From assembly GCF_009834535.1 (NCBI RefSeq), contig NC_045697.1, forward strand, positions 92,072,001 through 92,136,000: 64,000 bases of DNA, given 5' to 3'. Numbering within the stretch: position 1 is the first letter of the stretch; each line of letters starts with the position of its first letter. Source of the stretch: Camelus ferus (taxonomy: Eukaryota). The translations under genes were made by a program, and so were the position numbers. Below the pieces are notes generated by a model. That model worked only from the letters and a program-made list of their open reading frames with translations, did not search any database and was not told where the DNA came from. Below are positions 25,326 through 38,044 of this stretch, piece after piece.

Positions 25326-25830
25326 AACAACTATTCTACTCTGGTGCCTTTATTACAAAGTTCTGGCTAAACCCACTGCTTTATTTTTCACTTGATTAGT
25401 TCTGTAAGTACACTAACTGTTAGAGTTTAAACCTCAAATAATGTGAAACATTGAAAGCTGAAACAATATGAGCAACATATATTTAGGATCATGTCATTGT
25501 CATCTCTGTATGGTCAATACCTAGTAAGTGGTCAATATATGCTTGTTGAATGAATAAAATCTTCAGGTGTTGTTTGGCCCTTTCCACTACAGAAAATATC
25601 TTACGTTCGTTACCAAATTAGCATAGGAGATACAGTTGAGTCCTGTTCATGTGTAATAGCTTAAGTATACTTACCCTTCTCATTTTGAATTAAAATATTG
25701 ACACTAGCTGCTGAGTTTTCAATGGAAATCAAAGACTTCATTAAATAGTTTCCTATTTAATCTCCATACTTTCTTTACCTGACCTAACTTGACAGACATG
25801 TGTGATTCCTGCTAAAGAAAAAAAAAAAAA
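25326..25830 (+). pseudogene. CTNNA3: 3'UTR-derived part of the CTNNA3 retrocopy (right boundary uncertain)
   Basis: Follows the stop codon directly and resembles my recollection of the CTNNA3 3'UTR ('tgaaacaactattctac...cactgctttatttt'); A13 run at 25818-25830. Confidence 0.6.
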
Positions 25831-27734
25831 TCAGTCTGTAGCTTTCTGTATCTATTGACAACTGATCAGGTCAACAACCATCAGAAACTAACCAAAGCTT
25901 GAGCAGTCAAGCAACCTCCTGGATTTTGAAGGTCAGCCTTGATTATAAACAAGGCAATTTATTAACATTATAAAGATTAGAATGAGTTTTGATGCCACAA
26001 ACGTGCCTTTAAAGTTCCATTTTGTTCAGCAGTTCTGCATGTTGAGTGTTGGGTTTAAATGGGTTCACCAGAATACATATGTGGAGGAAGAGTTATCACC
26101 CATGGGGGAAATGGGACTATGTCTAACTGTATCCCTGAGTGACTTATAATAACAGAAGTGTAAGGAGTTCTGCATAACTCTAAAATTCCATCTGTATCAG
26201 CTTGCAATTGTAATTAAAAGACCACTTTGAAAAATCTTTTGGCATTGTGTAATGTAACTGGGAGAATTATACCATTGAACTATGAAGTAGAGTTAATGGC
26301 AATGAGCTGGAGTGATTTTAATAACAATTTTTAAAATAAAAATCATTGAGGTAAAAATAAAAAAGACAGATACAATATGATTACTTTTTACCCCCTTTCT
26401 CCCACATATGTTTTTACATAGTTAGGAGTCATTGTTGTTAATGCTGTGTAGTTTTTTTCACTTTCAACTCTAGGACACTGATGATTCTTTTTTGATTTTT
26501 CCTGAGAAATCTGACTCAAGGATGGGAAGAGAGAGTAGTGGGAAAGAACAGAAGAAGCAAAAGACAGAATTTAAAATAGCCTTTTGGTCAAGTTTAGGAA
26601 CCAAATAATTGCACTGGTAAAAAGAGGAGAGATGTTTGACATTTGTTTTGACCAAGAATTCACATTTCATTGTGAACTTCATGTCACAGTTACTAGGGAG
26701 AAAACATCCACAGAAGATTCTAAAAATATACAAAATTATGAAATTTCAACATGACTAAACATAGTCATGCACACAGGTTAGCTAAACAACAAGGGGACAG
26801 ATCATTTGATTATGATAATCTGCTCATAGCTTTAATTACATATTACAAAGTAATAAAAATCTATGGTATTTTATTTTCTTATAGAAAAAAGATACTAGTC
26901 TATGTTCTCACATTTTCCAAGCTGCTTTGTGGCCTTTGGACAGTTCTAGCACAACTCTCATGGTTTTAATTCCTTTTTGAGGGTGAAGGAATTTACTTTA
27001 AGACTTAGTGGATGGACTCATCCTCTGGGCTATTCCCTTCCCTATTTTGCTCTACTTACGATGATGGTCTTTTTCCCTAGTGTCCTGTCAAAGACAGCCA
27101 TTCATGCAACCAGTGAGCCTCTTCTGGTGCTTTTCCTGCCCTATTGCCCAGCCCAGATATTTCCTGAGTACTGCTGCGCCAGCACCAGGAGCTGATTCCA
27201 ATACTGTAGCCTTCATCAGCTCTACTGCTGCCTTTGTCAAGGTGCCACTCACGCTGTCATTGGACTCTTCTGAGTGTCCACCAAATTCTCGTGAGCTGAA
27301 AAACAGAGGATCTCCATGGCATACCTTTTCTATTCTCCTCACTATTGCTCTCCTGTGAGCGAGAAAGGGCTGAAATTGGTAACTAATTAATGTGCCCCAA
27401 ACAAGTCCTTGATTGCTGTTCTCAAAATTTTCATCCTAGAAGAAAGGGGATAAAGTAGATCAGTCTACAAAGACTCAGAACTATTCCTTAGTCAGTCTTT
27501 ACTAGTTTTGCCTAAACTCCTCTCACTACTGAAATGAAGTTTTCCCTCTAATTCTGTTTTCTTCTATAATTGCCCTTGGTTTATAATCCCAGTTTTCCTT
27601 GGCATATATCTACTACCTGAATTGATTCCTTCAAGTGTCCCGATGTCTAGAGCATATCTGGACATCAGGTTTATTTAATACAGGTGGTAAAGTACCTTCA
27701 TAGGCTAGTAGATGAAAGAAAGAATATTGAATTT

Positions 27735-27930
27735 GGGTTCAAAGAAGTCTGTATTCCAGCTGTATTGTTTACTAGCTGCATATATTTGAGCAATTTTTAA
27801 ACCCTTTTTGATATCCCAATTCAGTATCTATAAATTATTCCCAAAACTGTGTATTAAGGTCAACTTTATAGGACTGTTGTAAGGGTTACATAAAAATCAT
27901 ATAGCCAGCATTTGGTAAATGGTAATTGTT
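27735..27930 (+). mobile_element. MIR fragment
   Basis: 'tttactagctg...ttgagcaa...atctataaa...ataggactgttgtaagggtta'. Confidence 0.55.
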
Positions 27931-28269
27931 AAATTTTTTATTGAACAATAATAAAAGTAAAAATAATTAGTTTTTACTAGATCATTACTATATATTTTTA
28001 AAGTAGATATTTGCCTTCATTCAGTCTTGATTTCTCAGCCTTTCTCCATTGAACTTGATTTTATTCAACTTTATCTTGACAGATGCTTAATTTGGCTTCT
28101 TCCTCCTCTGTTTCAGGGTAGTAAATTACCTTTTTTGGTGTCACTAATAAAATCTGGACCAGGTGGAAAATATTTGTAAACTTTATACTGAAACTTATTA
28201 ACCTTTTATTTTCTCATGCAGGAAAATCTCTCGTATTTATAAAATATGATGGTAATTGTTCCTTGTAAC

Positions 28270-29300
28270 ATTTTCTGGCTCTAAAAGTAATGCACACTAT
28301 TGCAGAAATTTTAAAAATTACATAAAATACACAAAGAAGAACATAAAATCATTCACAAACCAACTAAACAGAGGCAATTAGTTAAGAATTTGACATACAG
28401 ACTTCTGTAAAATATGTATAAATTTAATCAAAATGTAAGCCTACTATACTTACTATTTTGTAACAGCTCCATATTAAAAAAAAAAACTTGTTAATAAAGG
28501 GTGATACATCATGTTAGGAGAAAACTTCCACAGCATCATTTTAATGAATACATGATATTCATAAAATGGATATAGTGTAATTTATTTAACCATATTTATA
28601 TTGCAGAATTGGCTATTTTCCATTTTTGTTGTAATAAACAATGCTACAATGAGCATTATATATATAAATCTTTATGCACATCCTTAATTGTTTCTTTGGA
28701 ATAAATTACTAGAAACAAAATTGCTATGTCAAAGCATATGCATATTTTATTTATTTATTGTAACCTAGTTTTTAATCATAAAATAATAAATGCACTTTGG
28801 AAAAAGTCAGTATTGAAATATTAAGAAAAAAAAAGAATAGTAAAAGTGTGCTCTCACCTTGTATCCCACTTTAGAGATAAACACTATTAACACTTAATTT
28901 GTTTGTATTTTTTCCCACAATTCTTTCTTAATATTCAAGCATACTTAAAAATACACATTTATCTTTGTTAATATGCAGGGCTCATAATACATATGCTCTT
29001 TTGCATCCTTACTTTTTACTTAATGTACTTGAAAAATAGTTACCAAAAATGATTTTGCCTCTTTCTTTTAACCCTTTGTATAGTATTTCGTAACATGAAT
29101 GTACATTATTTTATTTAACCAATCTTCTTCTGATAAACATTGAGGTTATTATTTTTGCCTTTGTAATCAGTGTTGTGATGCACATCTTTCTACAACTCTC
29201 TTTGTAAATTTTGAAATTATCTTTATAGGAGAGAGATTTAAAAGTGGAAGTGATGAGTCAAATCATGTGTATAGTTTAAAGTTTGGTAGTATAGGTAAGT
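28270..29300 (-). mobile_element. Ancient L1 (L1ME-type) 3' fragments
   Basis: Two decayed L1 segments with 'taatttatttaacca', 'aataaacaatgctacaatgagcat', 'aaaagtggaagtgatgagtcaaa'. Confidence 0.6.
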
Positions 29301-29696
29301 ATTTTGTGAGATTTTAATATTTAATTCAGTATTGCTATTTTCTTGAAATATTATTTGAGATATAATGTAAATAAAATAATGCACTTTGAAGTAAAAAGAT
29401 TATCTTCTCAGAATATTATACAGTTTTAGTGTTCTTTCCATGTAACTAGTACACTCTATTTGGAGACTTCAGATAAATAATTCTAAATGTAATGGTAAAC
29501 AGAAATGTTCACTTTCAGTTTAAAATGTTGAAAAGTGGTGTTCTTTTTCAGAATACTTTTGAATTTACAAATTGTGCTGTGTTATTTAATTATTTAATGC
29601 TAGAGCATTATACCTTTTTTACCCACTACCATTTTCTGTTTACATTTACATTATATAAACTACTGTGGACATCAGGCCACTATCAGTTTCATTTTG

Positions 29697-30030
29697 CTCA
29701 TCCATTTAACAAATATTTAATGAGTGCCCACTCTATACAGGATCCCATACTAGTTGTTGGGGCTGTAACAACAGATCAAAAAAACAAAAATACCTGATTA
29801 TTCATGGTATTTACATTCTAATGGAGGGGGAAGCAAATTAAGTAAAATACAGATTGTGAAAGATAACAATTCATGCTAAGAAAACAAAGTAAAGCAGATG
29901 AGAAGACTAAAAAATGTTTGGTGGGAGATGTTACAATTCTAAGTATAGGAACTAGAGAAAAAAAAATCACTTAGAAGGAATTCTTGAAAAGACATTTGAA
30001 GGAGTGGGACAGTTTGATTAATGAAGCCAG
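29697..30030 (-). mobile_element. L2 3' fragment
   Basis: 'catccatttaacaaatatttaatgagtgcccactctat'. Confidence 0.7.
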
Positions 30031-30033
30031 GTG

Positions 30034-30370
30034 TGATGGTCAATTTCATGTGTCCACTTAGCCAGGCCACAGTCCCCAGTTATTTAATCAAATACTTATC
30101 AACATGTTACCATGATAGTACTTTGTAGATGGGATTAAATTTCATAATCAGTTGACTCTCATCTGAATAATAAGAAATTCTACCTGTGGGCCTAAGCTTC
30201 ACCACTTGCCTGAGAGTTCCAAACTGCCCCTCCTGATAGCATGGCCTGCAGATTTTGACTCCCCTAACCAGCCCTCACAATAGGCTACTACCTTACAATT
30301 TATAATTCCTTTAATATATACCATCTCTTACTGGGTCTATTTCTGTGGCTAAAGCTTAACAGATGGGTAC
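30034..30370 (+). mobile_element. MLT2-like ERVL LTR, internally deleted
   Basis: 'tgtgatggtcaatttcatgtgtccacttagccaggccacagtccccagttatt' start; 'ggtctatttctgtgg...aca' end. Confidence 0.75.
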
Positions 30371-30559
30371 ACTATATAATTCAGAAATATTTGAGATTTT
30401 ATGCTATGAATTGCATGAGTGGCCAAAACATACATATGACTTATGTCTCACAGCGCAATGACTTTTGAATGAGTCCTAACCCTGGACAGCTTGTGTTTCA
30501 TCCTAGGATCTTTTTAGACACCCTCAACAGTTGATAAAACAACTTCACAGACAAACAAT

Positions 30560-32030
30560 AAGTTATAGAAGGACAAAACAGAACCATTAACCAATAGGCT
30601 CTAGTCAACATTTATAGAACATTCAGAATATATATTCCTTTGAAAAAGGTGCAAAATCAAGGTAATAGAGGAAATATATCTGTTTCAAAACATAGTTTAG
30701 CACTAAAAGCAAGTGAACAATTATAGGTTAAAACAAACAAACAAAAAACCTTAAACTAAATCTTATGCCTTATACAAAAAAAAAAAAACTTAAAATGGGT
30801 CATGAACTTAGAATATTAAATGTGAAACCAAGCAACATATAAAAAAGGAGATAAATCTTTGTGATCTACGGGTAGGACCCTGTTACCAGAAAATGTGATT
30901 TATCTATGAAAAAAATAGCAAATTGAACTTCAAAATTTAAAAAATTTATCTACACAAGACCCTGTTATGAGCCTGAAAAGACAAGCTACATATTAAAAGA
31001 AAATATTTGCAAACCACATATTAAACAAAGGACTGGTATCTAGAATATATAAAGAACCCTAAAACTAAAGAGTTAAAAATCAAACAACCCAATTAGAAAA
31101 TGGGCAAAGACATAACCATTTCACTGAAGAGGACATACAGATTTCAAATTAACATAAGAAAATATGTTCAACATTATTAGCCTTTAGGGAAATGCAGTTT
31201 AAAACCACAGTGACATATGACCATATACATAAAAGAATGGTTATAAAAAATGATGACAATATCAAATAGTGGTGAGGATGTGGAGAAACTGGATCATCAT
31301 TCAACCTTACTGTTGAGAATTCAAAATGGAACATTCATTCTGGGAGCTGCTAGGCAGTTTCTTAAAAACTAACCATGCAACTTCCATGTGATCCAGCAAC
31401 TGGGCTCCTAGTCATTTATCTCGATAAATGAAAATTTATGACCCCACAAAAACCTCTACACAAATGCTTCTGGTACATTTATTCATGATAGCCAAAATCT
31501 GGAACCAACCCACATGTCCTCCAATGGGTGAATAGTTAATCAGACTGTGGCACATCCATACTTGGAATATTTCTCAGCAATAAACATAAAAGAATATTGA
31601 TAAAATACAACTATTTCAGTGAATCTCAGAGAATTTTGCTGAATGATGTAAGCCAATCCCAAAAGGTAATATACAGAATGATTATATTTATGTATCACTT
31701 GGGAATGACAAAATTATAGAAAAAGAGAACAGATTAGTGGTTGCCAGGTGTTAAGAAGACTGGGAGGAGAGGTGCTTGGTGAGAGGGATGTCAGTGTGAC
31801 TGTAAAAGAACATGAGAGATCTTTGTGGTGATGGAAATGCTCTATGTCTTGACTGTTTCAGTATCAATATCCTAGTTATGATACTTTGCTATAGTTTTGC
31901 AAGATGTTACATTTGAGAGGAAATAGATAAAGGTAAGTGGGATTTCTTGGTGGTATTTCTTACAACTAAATAGGAATTTACAATTATCTAAAAATTTTAA
32001 AATTCGATTTTTATAAAAACAAAATACACA
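30560..32030 (+). mobile_element. Old L1 (L1MC-type) ORF2 end and 3'UTR
   Basis: 'acaacccaattagaaaatgggcaaagac', 'ggaaccaacccacatgtcc', L1MC-like tail 'ctatagttttgcaagatgttac'. Confidence 0.85.
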
Positions 32031-33142
32031 ACATCAATGTCCTGTATAATATTGCTTTAAATGCACTCAATTTTCATGTGTTAAAAAATATTAGTGTTTG
32101 CATATTATACAGATTTTGCTTCTTTTTCAGAATATCCTTTATTAATGAGTGATTGAATCTGGCACCACTATTTTCTGCTTATTTGAACCCACTCATTCAA
32201 TTGTTATATATTATTCTACGTTCTCATCTATTCCAACAATACACATTTTATCATGCAAGATTTTTATTCCTCATTTTCATTTTTAAAAACCAAATTATGT
32301 TAAGTAGATGCTTCTCTTTAATATATTTTCTGAAATGTCTTAATTCCAATATAAACTAAAAAAATAATAATAGCACAGATAATCTGTGAGTTAGTAAAAA
32401 TATTTCGTCCATGAATGGTAGAATAAGGAAAGCATAATGTATTAAACATACCTCAAGCATATTTCAATATGAAAACAAAATTAAAATACTTTGAACAAAT
32501 GACCTTTTTGAATGTTTAATGGGCTACTCCATGAACTTGCAGTGACTTTTGGTAGTGTGTCCAACAATTAACGTAATTAAAGTTATTTCCTTATGAGGCA
32601 ATCACATTGGTCATAAAAATCTGAAATATGTATTTAAGACACCCTAGACCTATGTTAATTCAAGCCTATTATGTAAGAACAATACAAATAATAGTTACAC
32701 TGGGATCAGTCACAGTATCTTTCTTAAAGAAACACATAACTTTGTGTAAAAGGAAGTTTGCCTACGGTTTTCAGAGGGAGAGTCACATGAACTTTGGCAA
32801 ATATTATTTTGCAAATGCCACTCTTAAGAACAGTACCACTAGCAGTAACCTGACATTTATAACTATTCTAAATATGCAACAAAAGCATTTTCAAGGTTCA
32901 TGTGCGTCTTTTCACATGCAGACGTTGCAGTTCTCATCAATAATTAAGCTTGTTTGGACACATCTTACTGAATCATGTTTTTTGAATTGAAAAAATACAT
33001 TATCTTGTGAGTCAGTCAAGCATTTGCAGAAAGTTGTACTCTTGGTTCTTTGCTTTACCTGACCCTTTTTTGGTTTTATTTGGCCTCTCCTACTATTGAT
33101 CAGTTGTTAGATCCTTGGTAGGTAAATACATTTGTAGACCAC

Positions 33143-33197
33143 ATTCACTTGCTTTGATTCATTTACTTTGATTTATTTACTTTGTTTATTTACTTTG
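33143..33197. repeat. 14-bp tandem repeat, ~4 copies
   Basis: attcacttgctttg attcatttactttg atttatttactttg tttatttactttg. Confidence 0.85.
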
Positions 33198-35700
33198 GTT
33201 AAATTGAGATATCTGCTGTTTACAGATATCTATAAAGTCTGTCTGGTAAATTGGCTGAGGATCTGAGGTCCTAAAATATAAATACTAACATTTCACACCA
33301 TTTCCCTAAATAAACTAGTCCCTTTGTTGGCAACTTGATTCTGACTCTCGTATTCCTGATTCACTTGTCTGTAAATCACAGGCATGTAATTCCTACAGTA
33401 GCCTGACAATACTGAGAACTGAAAACTAAAAAATCATTGGTAAAATGTGGGGGATACTATCACGTGCAACTATGGACCATTATTAAAATTATTGACAAAA
33501 TAATTACTCATATCATAAAGTATATTGTTCTGTATAAAACAGTTTATTAAAGTTTAATAAACTTTTGGTCAAGTTTCTTAAAACTAAGTTTATAGACTTA
33601 ATACTTACCATTTTGGTAAAGATGAAAATTTTAGAGTCAGACTGGGAGTCCATCACCCCACTCTCTCTCATTTAATAGCTACAGAAACTTAAAGCTATTT
33701 TCATAACCTCTCAGATGGAATACGGCACTTAAGCCAATGCTCAGCATATAACAAATGCTCTGTAAGTGGTAGTCCTGACTACTGTTACGATTATAACTGC
33801 CAGTACAACCACTGCTGTTACTACCAGTGCTTCATCTGCTACTACTTAAAATAGAGGAAGGAAAAGTAATAAAACTATAGAGATGCAAAACATAATTACT
33901 GAACACTCATTGTTTTATATGAGAGGAGTTATTTAGTTGTTCCAACAGTTGAACTATTGATATCTTATGAATCAAAAGATTGAAATGTTCTTTTATCAGA
34001 CATTGTTAGTCATTTATCCCAATTCTTAGAGCATTTTTATTGTCCCAGCTTAGTATTCCTGGTAGGTATGTTTTTCTTCTGCTTTGACAGTTCAGATAGT
34101 TAGCAGTTAATGTTGGTCATCATCAAAATGACATTTCTTTGATTTGGAGTGGCATTAGCTTAGTAGATAGTATCTCTCATGTGATGTGAAATAATGTGGA
34201 AAAAGCTTATTTTACCTAAACTCAGCTGAATGGGAGAATTTCAGTTGTCGCCTACTGCTTAAAAATAATAGCTTTTGAAAAGAGCTGTAGCATTCAGATT
34301 CACAGTCAGAAAAAGACAGTGGATATTTGTAATAAATAGCATGCTAATTCTTGCACAAAATCACAAATATTCTGGGTATATTTTACTGTGTAGTTCAAAT
34401 GAACTTTGATCCCTGGATACGTCTGTTTTTCTAATGTGAACTTTCTCCCTTTGTTTCATATTGAAAGTGGTTTCAATTAAAAATAAAATTGCAAATTTTT
34501 CAATTTCCAAAATATTACCGTAAACTGATTCTATGTATTACAGCATATTCATACCGTCATAGAATTTATTCTATTTACAGAGCTTACTGAATAAACATTT
34601 GTTGAATAACTGTTGAATTTGAATTGCTATACAAAATGCAGTTCTGTGTACAATGCCATGAGGTAAAGATGATTGTTATACAATCTGCTCTCCTTTTCTG
34701 TCACCATATGAAGCGGAATTCACTCTCTACAATTTTATTAGCATATATTTCGGTCCCCATGTTCTCAAAGTTAGAATTTAAGCAACCATTCCAAAAATAA
34801 AATTTTGGAAAACATATTTTGCATGAGGTGGAAAGAGATGATTGCAATTCTATAAGGCTATTATGATGGTTTTAATTATTCACCAAATGGAAGGTTTGAC
34901 TACCAGATTTGCTGAAGGCTACAGCACCTTCTTGGTGTATTTGCCTGCAAGCTGTACTTTAGTGCACAAAAAGGAAGCCACAAATAACTAGTAACATGAC
35001 TATCAGGGTGTAAAATGTCAAATTTAATTTCACAATTGACTCAACAATTTCTGCATTTCTAGGGAAAGGGAGTTAAAGAGCCAAACAGTAGGCATTTTTT
35101 TTTTTGTCTGGAGGTAATCTGTTTCATGTCTGCAAAACAAGTACGCTTCCCTGCATAATTCAAACATAGGAAGAAAAATTTAAATATTGAGAAAGTATGT
35201 TTGTGCTGTTTTATATCAACTTTTAGAGAATTATGTATCTCAATTTAAGAATCATTTTCACATTCTCTTGGAAATATAATTAATTAAAATATGGCGTTCA
35301 TAATTATCATATCTAAGTCTTTTAACATTGTGATGTTGAAACAATGCAACATACATATTTGAGATAGTTTTGAATAGATGTCATAGAGGCAATTGGATCA
35401 CTAAAACAACAATAACAGATAAAGAACTATGTAGCAAGAAGAATGAGGTCATTATTATAATCTCTAAAATGAATTTTCATTGAGCAATAGAATAGAAATT
35501 GCACTTTATGGGTTTTTTTTTAAAGAAACTCTAGGAGTATTTTTATGTTTCTTCACTGAAGCACTCAATTCAAGACTCTACAACTGTCAAAAGTCAAATG
35601 CCAATTACAATTTAATGAACATATGTCAGTGGGGAGCTAAAATAATATGGGTCTGGTCACCTAATTTTCTAAAGTAGTACAAAGATTTTGCTACCTGAAT

Positions 35701-35880
35701 CAGTGTTTTTCAGACATTGTTACACATAAGGATCACTTAGAAAACTTGTTTAGATGCAAATGCCTGGGTCCTGCCCCAAGATATCCTGCTGATTTATGAA
35801 GGACCAGAAACCTACTAAAATAGACTCTCCAGGAAATTTTGAGGAAGTCCACACAAGCAGGAGTCTTTTAGGCTATTGAT
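35701..35880. mobile_element. MER5-like hAT-Charlie MITE
   Basis: 'cagtgtttttcagac...gatcacttagaaaacttgtttagatgcaaatgcctgggtcctgcccc'. Confidence 0.6.
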
Positions 35881-36189
35881 TCAGTATATTCTATTTTAAG
35901 ATCTAAGATGCCATCAATTATAAGATGGATTTTTCAGTACTTTTAAGAAAGAAAAATATAATGCCAATTATACAATCTCACTGATGGTAAGAAGCATCTT
36001 AATTTTAGCGAAGTTAAAATGTACTCATCTTGGATGGTTTTAATACCTCATCAGTAATCTCTACCAAGCTTTTGACATCAGCTGGATAGCAGTTTATTCA
36101 AAATTACGGACTCTAATAAATCTCTGATCCAATCAACCAAACTTATTTTATGTGTACCTTATACTCTGTCAAGAGTTTTGATAGGTATC

Positions 36190-36651
36190 TGTTCCTGTGA
36201 TCTTTTGCTGCATTAAAAAACACCCCAAAACTCAGGATATTTAAATAATAATTTATTATTATTTTCCTTGATTCGGTGACTCATTTGGGGATCAGCTGGG
36301 CAGTCCTTGCTTGGGATGGCTCATGCAGTTAGAGTCAAATGCCAGCTGGAGCTACAGTCAAAATAAGGCTCATTGGCCTCTTCATATATGACTTGGGCTT
36401 CATTGCATGGGTGTAGTTTTCTTAGAGGAAGCATTCCAAGAGTGAGGATTCCAAGAGGCTAAGACTGAAGCTGCAAGGCTTCGTCCCACCCAGCCTCTAC
36501 TGTCTGTGACCACAGCATCTCCTTCTCTGCATTCTGTTGGTCAAGAGGGAGTCACAGCCAACTTACAGTTAAGGGGAGGGAATTACACAGGGACGTGACT
36601 AATAAGAGGAATGGTTCATTGGGGGCACCATCATTGGAGACTAGCTGTACA
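36190..36651 (-). mobile_element. MLT1 (G/H-type) MaLR LTR
   Basis: 'ttgctgcattaaaaaacaccccaaaactcag...cagctgggcagtc...ttcattgggggc...ttggagactagctgtaca'. Confidence 0.75.
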
Positions 36652-37089
36652 GAACCTTTACATTTAATTTGATTTAATCTTTGTTACAAATTCTAAAAGA
36701 TGCTTGTTAGCCATAGAGAGCTGGCTCTTGATAACTCACAGAAATCGACACATTTCAAGAACAGCCAGTCCTTCATATAGTCTGTTGGCTTAATTACTGA
36801 GAAATTCATTCTTTTAAAAGTTCCTCATTTTATAGTCACCTTCTTAAAGGAAGACATTTGCTTTTGCAAGCCCATTTGGTCAGAACTTGAATGCAGAAAA
36901 GTCATTCTGGGCTCCCCATAATTCCTCCACCCTTGTGCCACACACTTATTCCTTCCTTATTGCACTCTCCCCTCCACCCTCCCCACACATCTAGGATCAA
37001 TGAGGGGGGAAAAATCAAGAGACATTTTTTAATTAAATTGGCATGTTTGATTGGGAAACCATAAAAATACCTAAAAAGCATATCTAGCA

Positions 37090-37290
37090 ATTATTGCTGA
37101 GTTAACTATGTGTCAATAATGTAAGTGCTTTATGTTTCCTATCTAGTTGAACTTCTACAATAAATTAATGAGGCAGACACTGTTATCCTCATTTTCATGA
37201 GGAAACTGGGGTTAAGAGAGGCAAAGAACTCTCCAAAAACTAAAAGTGTGTTAGAGAATTGGATCAGATTGTGTCTACTTGGAAACTCAT
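37090..37290 (-). mobile_element. MIR
   Basis: 'atgaggcagacactgttatcctcattttcatgaggaaactggggttaagagagg'. Confidence 0.7.
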
Positions 37291-38044
37291 GTACCTCCCT
37301 CTCATAATGGATATTTGAGTTTTAACTCAGTTAATGCTGAACTTTCTTTCAGTTGATGCTATTTTTTCTGTCAGTAATTATTCAGATTTTCTAACTAATC
37401 TTAAAGAGAAGGTAGAATTTAGCTTTGGTTTTGTGTGCTTAAGAACAGATTTTCATATGCTAATATTCCATTCTTACCCATTCTGGCACTTGTAACAACA
37501 TAATGTTGCAATCTTAGGAGAATATTGCATGTCAGTATAATGGGATTTATGGTGAAATCCAAGAGCTGATCCCAAAGATAATACTATCCAGAAAGTCAAA
37601 GACCAATCAGTAAATTAGTGCTAGGAATTCTTATACTATGTTTTCTAGAGTTGTCCTTTATTTGTTTTCTTCTCATTGTAATTTTTGCAGCTTTTATAGG
37701 TATAAGAAAAGTGATGTTGAGTTTGGATGGAATGTTCTGCAGAGTTGGGAGTGTGACTTCAGAGTCAGAGAGAGTTAGCCTTTTAAAGAAACTGCTGGAG
37801 GGAAGCCGAATTCCACTCTGAACAGCGTCAGCTTGTCTTCCAGTTAAGCTAAACTTCTTTACACATTGGTCAATAGTGGTCAGTCAGCTGATCAGCTATG
37901 ACTCTTTCTCTCTTTCTGGTAATCTTATCACATCCCCAGTATTGTTTTAGGTCCTAAGGGGAAAAACTATACAGTCTCAGTGTAAAAAGTTTCTGCCTGA
38001 GATTTGGAGCTGACTTAGAATTATGAGATATTTGCCCCTAAGTC

